Assembly: GCA_963725785.1 (NCBI GenBank)
Contig: CAVRZV010000010.1
Span: 384,619-448,618 of the forward strand
Direction: 5' to 3'
DNA length: 64,000 bases
Source of the DNA: an uncultured Bacteroidales bacterium
Lineage (GTDB): Bacteria > Bacteroidota > Bacteroidia > Bacteroidales > VadinHA17
Each line of letters starts with the position of its first letter. The first letter of the stretch is position 1. Below, piece after piece: positions 59,129 to 64,000 of this stretch. Under the pieces are notes generated by a model. That model made no database searches, was not told the DNA's origin, and saw only the letters and a list, made by a program, of their open reading frames with translations. A program made the translations under genes and the position numbers.

Positions 59129-59779
59129 TTAATATTTACCCGGTTGAACGACCTGCAGCCTAGTATTGTTTCCTTTCAAAAAGACTTTCTCTTCTTCGGG
59201 TTTTGATACTTTACTTCCTTTCTTCTGGGGATATGAACCGGGTAGGATCACATTAATAAGCTTTTTCCCCCACAAACCCAGCTGGAACCCTGCGCCCAGG
59301 GACAGTATACTTAATATTAGTGTCAGCATGTTCAATTTGCCTTGCGGAGCAATGAAAAACAGGGCAATTGATAGTGAAAGTATTATCAGACTGAAGATAA
59401 TTTTAACTCGTAAAATTGGAGTTGCAAGCGTTTTAAATCGTGTAAGTCCGTCGATGATTCCGGTGATAATTGCAAGAATAAGAGTGAACGGGAAAATGAT
59501 TACTGAGAACAGCAATACATTTTTCAGCAATTCAGGCTGAAAATGTTTGAAAAGACTTGTTACAATTACGAGAACCGGGATAGCTATAACAAGTGCCTGA
59601 GAAAGATGAATGGCAATCGGATGAAGATCAAAGTTCAACAGAATCAACCTGTTTCGGGAAACTCTTTCCCTGTAAGGTTCAAAAACTTTTCTGGGCATTC
59701 CGCAAGCAGGACATACATCTCCAAGCTTATCAGCTTCTATAACAAATCCGCAGGGACGACAACGAACAAGTTCTTTCAT
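59129..59779 (-). CDS. membrane protein with N-terminal rubredoxin-like zinc ribbon
   Basis: CRPCGFV...CPACGMP (two CxxC pairs), followed by 4-5 TM helices. Confidence 0.6.
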   Translation of the reverse strand: MKELVRCRPCGFVIEADKLGDVCPACGMPRKVFEPYRERVSRNRLILLNFDLHPIAIHLSQALVIAIPVLVIVTSLFKHFQPELLKNVLLFSVIIFPFTLILAIITGIIDGLTRFKTLATPILRVKIIFSLIILSLSIALFFIAPQGKLNMLTLILSILSLGAGFQLGLWGKKLINVILPGSYPQKKGSKVSKPEEEKVFLKGNNTRLQVVQPGKY

Positions 59780-60040
59780 GGCAACGATGATTTAATGATT
59801 AACCTGTACAAAACTAAAAATTTAATAAGTCTAAAATAAATATAAATTCTGATTCCGCTATAATTAAACCTTCTGCCAGTGCTATCGAATATAAATCTTG
59901 CATAAACTTGAGGCATTATGCGAACATTAGCAATTAATAATTGTTTAAAGTCTGGAATTCTGATGAACTGAATATTGCATAATTTATTCTTTAAGAATAT
60001 GTCTGGCAAATTGATATAAAGAATATTAAAAACAGAAATC

Positions 60041-60322
60041 ATGTCAAAATATCTTATAGAAATACCTCATGGCAGCGAAAAATTCGAATGTCTTCGGTCA
60101 GCATCAATTTTGCTAAGTTCAGGTTCGCATTTTCTGACCAATGCAGATTGGGGCTGCATGGATGGTGTACATAAAGCCTGGTTTTTTATGGAAGCCGAAA
60201 GTAAGGAAGAAGCTCTTATGATAGTTCCCCCGGCGTACAGAAAAGATACTAAAATATGTCAGCTCAACAAGTTCAAACTGGAAGATGTTATGGAACTGCT
60301 TAATCATCACGAAGGCAAATAA
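60041..60322 (+). CDS. small hypothetical Cys/His-containing protein
   Basis: 93 aa, no signal peptide. Conserved-looking HGSE..EC...GSHFL..A.WGC.DG.H segment. Function unknown. Confidence 0.45.
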   Translation: MSKYLIEIPHGSEKFECLRSASILLSSGSHFLTNADWGCMDGVHKAWFFMEAESKEEALMIVPPAYRKDTKICQLNKFKLEDVMELLNHHEGK

Positions 60323-60494
60323 AACCTGGAAAAGTATCATAGAATGATTTACTTTTTACAGAGTGTAAATTCTGAGCTATTATCAGAAATCTCAAGTATT
60401 CTCACTGGCATACAATCTTACAAAACAATGTTTATTGAAAACTTCCGTTATAATTTTTTCCACCTTTAAATTGTCGAACTGATCCTGACGAACA

Positions 60495-61355
60495 ATGAAA
60501 CATTTTATTTTTTTTCTGGCTCAGGTATCTTTAATTGCACTGATCACTTCATGCACTAAGATAATTTATATCGGAAAGAAAATTGATCCTGAGATTATCC
60601 CGGGAAAAAACCATAATGATATCGTTTTTGTTAATTTGTTCGACTATACACTAACGGAAAACGTAAAGCAGAAAGAAAAGCCTTCATATCGTGCCGGAGT
60701 ATCAGGTTTAGTTGAAGGATTATCATCATTTTCAAGTGACACATCTTTCAGTTTCGTCGTTGGTGATACTCTGAAAAAGGGAATCGGATCAGGACTCCTT
60801 ACTACATTGTTGCAGGCAGACACAATCACTGCTATTTGTAACCGGTATAAAACAAACCTTCTCTTGTCACTTGATTCTTTAAGTATCTTTTTTGACTGGG
60901 AGACAACCGTTGAAAGTAATAATGATGGTACCAGTAAGACTAAGAATTTTTATCTCAATACAAAAAATTACTTATCACTCTATTCAACAGATGGCACCCT
61001 GATAAACCGCAGCGAGGTAGACAATTCAACATTGTACCGGTCGAGACCTACTTTATCCGGTATAATTACAATTGAACCATCGCTTTACAGGGCACGATAT
61101 GTGATTGGAGATCTTTCATTTCAGGCCGGAGAGGATTATGTAAGTAAATTCTTCCCTCAGATTGTTCAGGAAACCAGACAACTCTATACAGGCAAACCTT
61201 TCAGTGAATCAAATCGTTATGTTTTTGCCAGGGACTGGAACAAAGCGATAGAAATTCTCGAACAACTTACTAAAAATAAGGATCCGCTGATTTCTAAAAA
61301 GGCCAAATATAATCTGGAGGTCGTAAAAGAAGCAAAAGACGCTGATAACAAATGA
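60495..61355 (+). CDS. putative lipoprotein, unknown function
   Basis: MKHFIFFLAQVSLIALITSC lipobox. 286 aa. Confidence 0.55.
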   Translation: MKHFIFFLAQVSLIALITSCTKIIYIGKKIDPEIIPGKNHNDIVFVNLFDYTLTENVKQKEKPSYRAGVSGLVEGLSSFSSDTSFSFVVGDTLKKGIGSGLLTTLLQADTITAICNRYKTNLLLSLDSLSIFFDWETTVESNNDGTSKTKNFYLNTKNYLSLYSTDGTLINRSEVDNSTLYRSRPTLSGIITIEPSLYRARYVIGDLSFQAGEDYVSKFFPQIVQETRQLYTGKPFSESNRYVFARDWNKAIEILEQLTKNKDPLISKKAKYNLEVVKEAKDADNK

Positions 61356-61374
61356 GGTGTGAGGTGTGAGGTGT

Positions 61375-62040
61375 TTAATTCGCAAGGAAACGGGAATTCT
61401 CTTTATAGTCAGCATCATCACAATATATGAACAGGCAGCTGCCTCCTGAAATTTTGTCGATTATTTCTTTAGAAAGTTCAACCGGCAAGGCCGGACATCC
61501 CCAGCTCCTGCCCAGTCTGCCGTACTTTTTAATAAATTCCTCACTTACATATTCAGCACCGTGAATGACTATCTCTCTAACTCTGGCATTGTTGTTAATA
61601 CCTTTTTCAAGACCATCAAGCTTCAGAGCGAATCCATGAACACCAGTATATGTCTCAGCTGTTATGTAAAATCCAAGGGAGCTTTTTAGAGTTCCCGATT
61701 GGTTTGAAAAGGTTTTGGCATAAATATCACCTGAGTTTTTACCATGAGCTACTAGACACTTATAAAGAAGTTCCTTACTCCATATGTCAATAACAAAAAA
61801 CCTCTTTTCGGTTGATGGTTTTGAAAAATCAATTATCGTTATTATGTTCTTTTTTGTAATCTTCTCTATTTGACGCGACCCCTTAACTGCAGTATTAAAC
61901 ACCTGAAATGATACTTCATCCTTTAACCTGCAATCAAGCCATAGCTGATGAATATCGGTATCTTCTGTTGCAGTTCTGTAACCGGGGCTTAGTACTGAGA
62001 ATACAAAAACCGATATCAATACTTTACCTGAAATATGCAT
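61375..62040 (-). CDS. L,D-transpeptidase catalytic-domain family protein (YkuD_2-like)
   Basis: VAHGKNSG...SSLGFY...REIVIHGAEYV...GRSWGCPAL carries the conserved S-x-G-C-P-A catalytic Cys context. Confidence 0.7.
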   Translation of the reverse strand: MHISGKVLISVFVFSVLSPGYRTATEDTDIHQLWLDCRLKDEVSFQVFNTAVKGSRQIEKITKKNIITIIDFSKPSTEKRFFVIDIWSKELLYKCLVAHGKNSGDIYAKTFSNQSGTLKSSLGFYITAETYTGVHGFALKLDGLEKGINNNARVREIVIHGAEYVSEEFIKKYGRLGRSWGCPALPVELSKEIIDKISGGSCLFIYCDDADYKENSRFLAN

Positions 62041-62051
62041 CTGAGATTTCC

Positions 62052-62753
62052 TTATCGTTTTAGAGGTATTATAACTGAACTTATTTTTTCTAAAGATAGC
62101 TTCTTAAAAATGAATTCCTTCTTTGCGTCTCTGAGTATCCAGAAAACCACCCCGCTTATTAAGGCAGCAAAGAAACACCAGATGGAAATGAGAAATTGAG
62201 TAAAAAATATTGCAGTAATTAAACATGATAAAAACATCAATATGCCTAGCAAATGAGTTCTTTTAATTCCTGAAACGAAAAGAGGTGTGATTGTTACAAC
62301 CAGGTATACAATAAATGCTGTTATTGCCAGCGATTCGGGAAAATCAGTACTATAATGGATATGAAAACCCTTAATCCGGGGGATAACATTGAAAGACAAA
62401 AGACAAATAGAATAGTACAATGATAAAGATATACCCGATACAAGCAGAGCCTGTAAAATTCTTTTTCTTTTCCTGCTTTCTTCCATTAACAGAACTGAAA
62501 GCGGAATTAAGGTAGGCCATATAACCTGAGCCATTATTAAAAAGAAATAGGTAGCGGTTTTTTGAATAACGACATAATCCGTTCCAGGTAGCGTTAACCA
62601 CAGACATCCTTCTGCAATCTGCTGAACACCAAAAAACAGAGGAATAGATGCAAAAACCAACTGGGAAGGCTTATGAACTTTTCTTATAGTAGCAACTCCA
62701 ATTCCAGAAATGATGACACCTCCTATAAAACTTGCACCTGCTGAAAAACACAT
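62052..62753 (-). CDS. integral membrane protein (~7 TM), unknown function
   Basis: 233 aa, almost entirely hydrophobic helices. Confidence 0.5.
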   Translation of the reverse strand: MCFSAGASFIGGVIISGIGVATIRKVHKPSQLVFASIPLFFGVQQIAEGCLWLTLPGTDYVVIQKTATYFFLIMAQVIWPTLIPLSVLLMEESRKRKRILQALLVSGISLSLYYSICLLSFNVIPRIKGFHIHYSTDFPESLAITAFIVYLVVTITPLFVSGIKRTHLLGILMFLSCLITAIFFTQFLISIWCFFAALISGVVFWILRDAKKEFIFKKLSLEKISSVIIPLKR

Positions 62754-63004
62754 ACCTTTTTCCTTTCTGTTAATTATCTTCTGGTCGCTTAATTCTGTCT
62801 ACCCCGAAATAAATACTTTAATCTATAATGATACAACTATTAATCGGATATAAAACAATATAAAGTGGTAACCTTTTGATTCAGAGGTTAATTTATGAAA
62901 GATTGCAGTAAATATATTTTATCCTTGTTTTCGATGAAAAAAATATTGGTATAAGTTTTGTTATTATTATCTTGTACTAACTTGTTATACTAAAATTACA
63001 CATT

Positions 63005-64000
63005 ATGAAAAAATTTATTTTCGCGTCTATACTGGTAGGATTCTTTGCTTCCGGTTCTGTAATAGTGGCGCAGGAAAAACAGGACGATTACCTGGGTCTG
63101 CCAGGTGACAATCTTAACTTATATGCAGTAATGAAACTGTTCCAGGTATCGAAAACTCTTGAAGAGTTCGAACGTGACCTGAATAATCAGAATTCAAATA
63201 TAAATAATCTTGACCTGAATGGCGATGGCCTTATTGATTACATAAGGGTATTCGACAATATCGACGGTGATGTTCATAATATAGTTCTGCAGGTAGCTGT
63301 AAGCTCAACAGAAAACCAGGATGTAGCTGTTTTTACTGTACAGCGTTTTAACAATGGACAGGTACAGATCCAGCTCACAGGTGATGAAGAATTATATGGC
63401 AGGAATTATATTATCGAACCGATATTTGATGATGACAATACTTCACAGACTCCCAATCCGGGATATTCAGGAAATTCAAGGTATGTTACCGGACAGAATA
63501 TAACCTATGTCAGGACAACTCCGGTCGAAATTGCCGGTTGGCCATTGATCAGATTCATATTTCTTCCAACCTATACGGTATGGCACTCTTCCTGGCACTG
63601 GGGCTATTATCCTTCTTACTGGCATCCGTGGCGTCCGTTCTACTGGCATTACTATTACGGTTATCATTATAACTGGTACAATGATTATTACGGTCATTAC
63701 CGCCGTTCTGACTACCACCGTTATTCCCGATGGAACGACTCTTATTACACAAGCAGGAGATCCTATTCACCTGCTGTATATCATAGGATTGAGGCTGGCA
63801 ATTATAAAAAGACATATTCTCATCCCGATCAGCGAAGAAAGGGTGAAGCAAAGTTCGCTGAAATGCATCCCGATCAGTACAGAAGAGTTTCAGATAACCG
63901 TGCAGTTTCAACCAGAAGGTCAGGTACATCTGTTACACAAAAGTCAGATAAGAATTTATCTTCAGGACGTAATAGCGGAACGTTCAGGAGATCAAATACT
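63005..64000 (+). CDS. secreted protein with Ca-loop-like motif and extreme Trp/Tyr/His-rich region; 3'-partial (runs off the window)
   Basis: Not in the supplied track because it has no stop in the window. I translated 332 codons from ATG 63005 with no stop. Signal peptide MKKFIFASILVGFFASGSVIVAQ; DLNGDGLIDY loop; then WHSSWHWGYYPSYWHPWRPFYWHYYYGYHYNWYNDYYGHYRRSDYHRYSRW. Confidence 0.75.
   Translation, partial: MKKFIFASILVGFFASGSVIVAQEKQDDYLGLPGDNLNLYAVMKLFQVSKTLEEFERDLNNQNSNINNLDLNGDGLIDYIRVFDNIDGDVHNIVLQVAVSSTENQDVAVFTVQRFNNGQVQIQLTGDEELYGRNYIIEPIFDDDNTSQTPNPGYSGNSRYVTGQNITYVRTTPVEIAGWPLIRFIFLPTYTVWHSSWHWGYYPSYWHPWRPFYWHYYYGYHYNWYNDYYGHYRRSDYHRYSRWNDSYYTSRRSYSPAVYHRIEAGNYKKTYSHPDQRRKGEAKFAEMHPDQYRRVSDNRAVSTRRSGTSVTQKSDKNLSSGRNSGTFRRSNT

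Noticed and set aside
59776-60042. 88-aa minus-strand ORF in the rubredoxin-like / small-protein intergenic region
   Set aside because: It is an AT-rich, Ile/Phe/Lys/Tyr-dominated translation of a divergent promoter region. It overlaps the upstream gene's start and has no supporting features.
63476-63929. Two minus-strand ORFs (80 and 124 aa)
   Set aside because: They are antisense shadows of the 332-codon open-ended plus-strand ORF starting at 63005. That ORF has a signal peptide and a coherent domain layout.

Overview
This 64-kb window looks like chromosomal DNA from an AT-rich Bacteroidota genome. Supporting signs are a T9SS type-B C-terminal sorting domain, TAnnTTTG -7 boxes, a TetR-TolC-MFP-RND gene order and many signal-peptide or lipobox proteins. 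All family names come from motifs I read by eye in the supplied translations; no searches were run.

Content: about 50 protein genes, one tRNA-Lys(CTT), and no rRNA, CRISPR array, transposase or integrase. Recognisable genes are:
- an RND efflux operon
- an XRE-cupin regulator next to an acyl-CoA synthetase
- a DEAD-box helicase
- SPFH, SDR, DCC, SRPBCC and C_GCAxxG_C_C proteins
- a 989-aa T9SS adhesin built from 222-bp tandem modules
- a Tat-signal Fe-S protein
- an overlapping GMC oxidoreductase / ALDH / metallophosphoesterase operon
- M20, M1 and M28 peptidases
- a GH2 glycosidase
- a GT2 plus ArnT-like GT cluster
- a cold-shock-domain protein, a LigB-type dioxygenase and DoxX
- a secreted WD40-caspase followed by a hybrid histidine kinase
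- a Spy/CpxP-like gene divergent from an HtrA-like gene
- an L,D-transpeptidase-like gene

Main oddities:
1. Nearly every gene between about 7.8 and 17.4 kb is broken by frameshifts only (at least about two dozen by hand reconstruction). The other ~54 kb reads almost cleanly.
2. A dispersed family of locus-specific short-word repeats forms long imperfect hairpins just after stop codons. Several are closed by TTAACC...GGTTAA, and one sits in a divergent promoter carrying outward-facing TACTTTTG boxes.
3. Three perfect-phase 34-bp direct repeats each contain a TCACA-N5-TGTGA palindrome.
4. A 332-codon open-ended ORF at the 3' edge is missing from the ORF track. It encodes a secreted protein with an extreme Trp/Tyr/His-rich segment.
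5. The best candidates for an uncharacterised protein system are the secreted WD40-caspase / helical protein / hybrid kinase cluster, and a 969-aa cytoplasmic protein whose M28 domain follows ~650 aa I cannot place. That gene is divergent from a PHP-like/GT2/GT39 cluster.

None of these is demonstrated to be a novel system from sequence alone.
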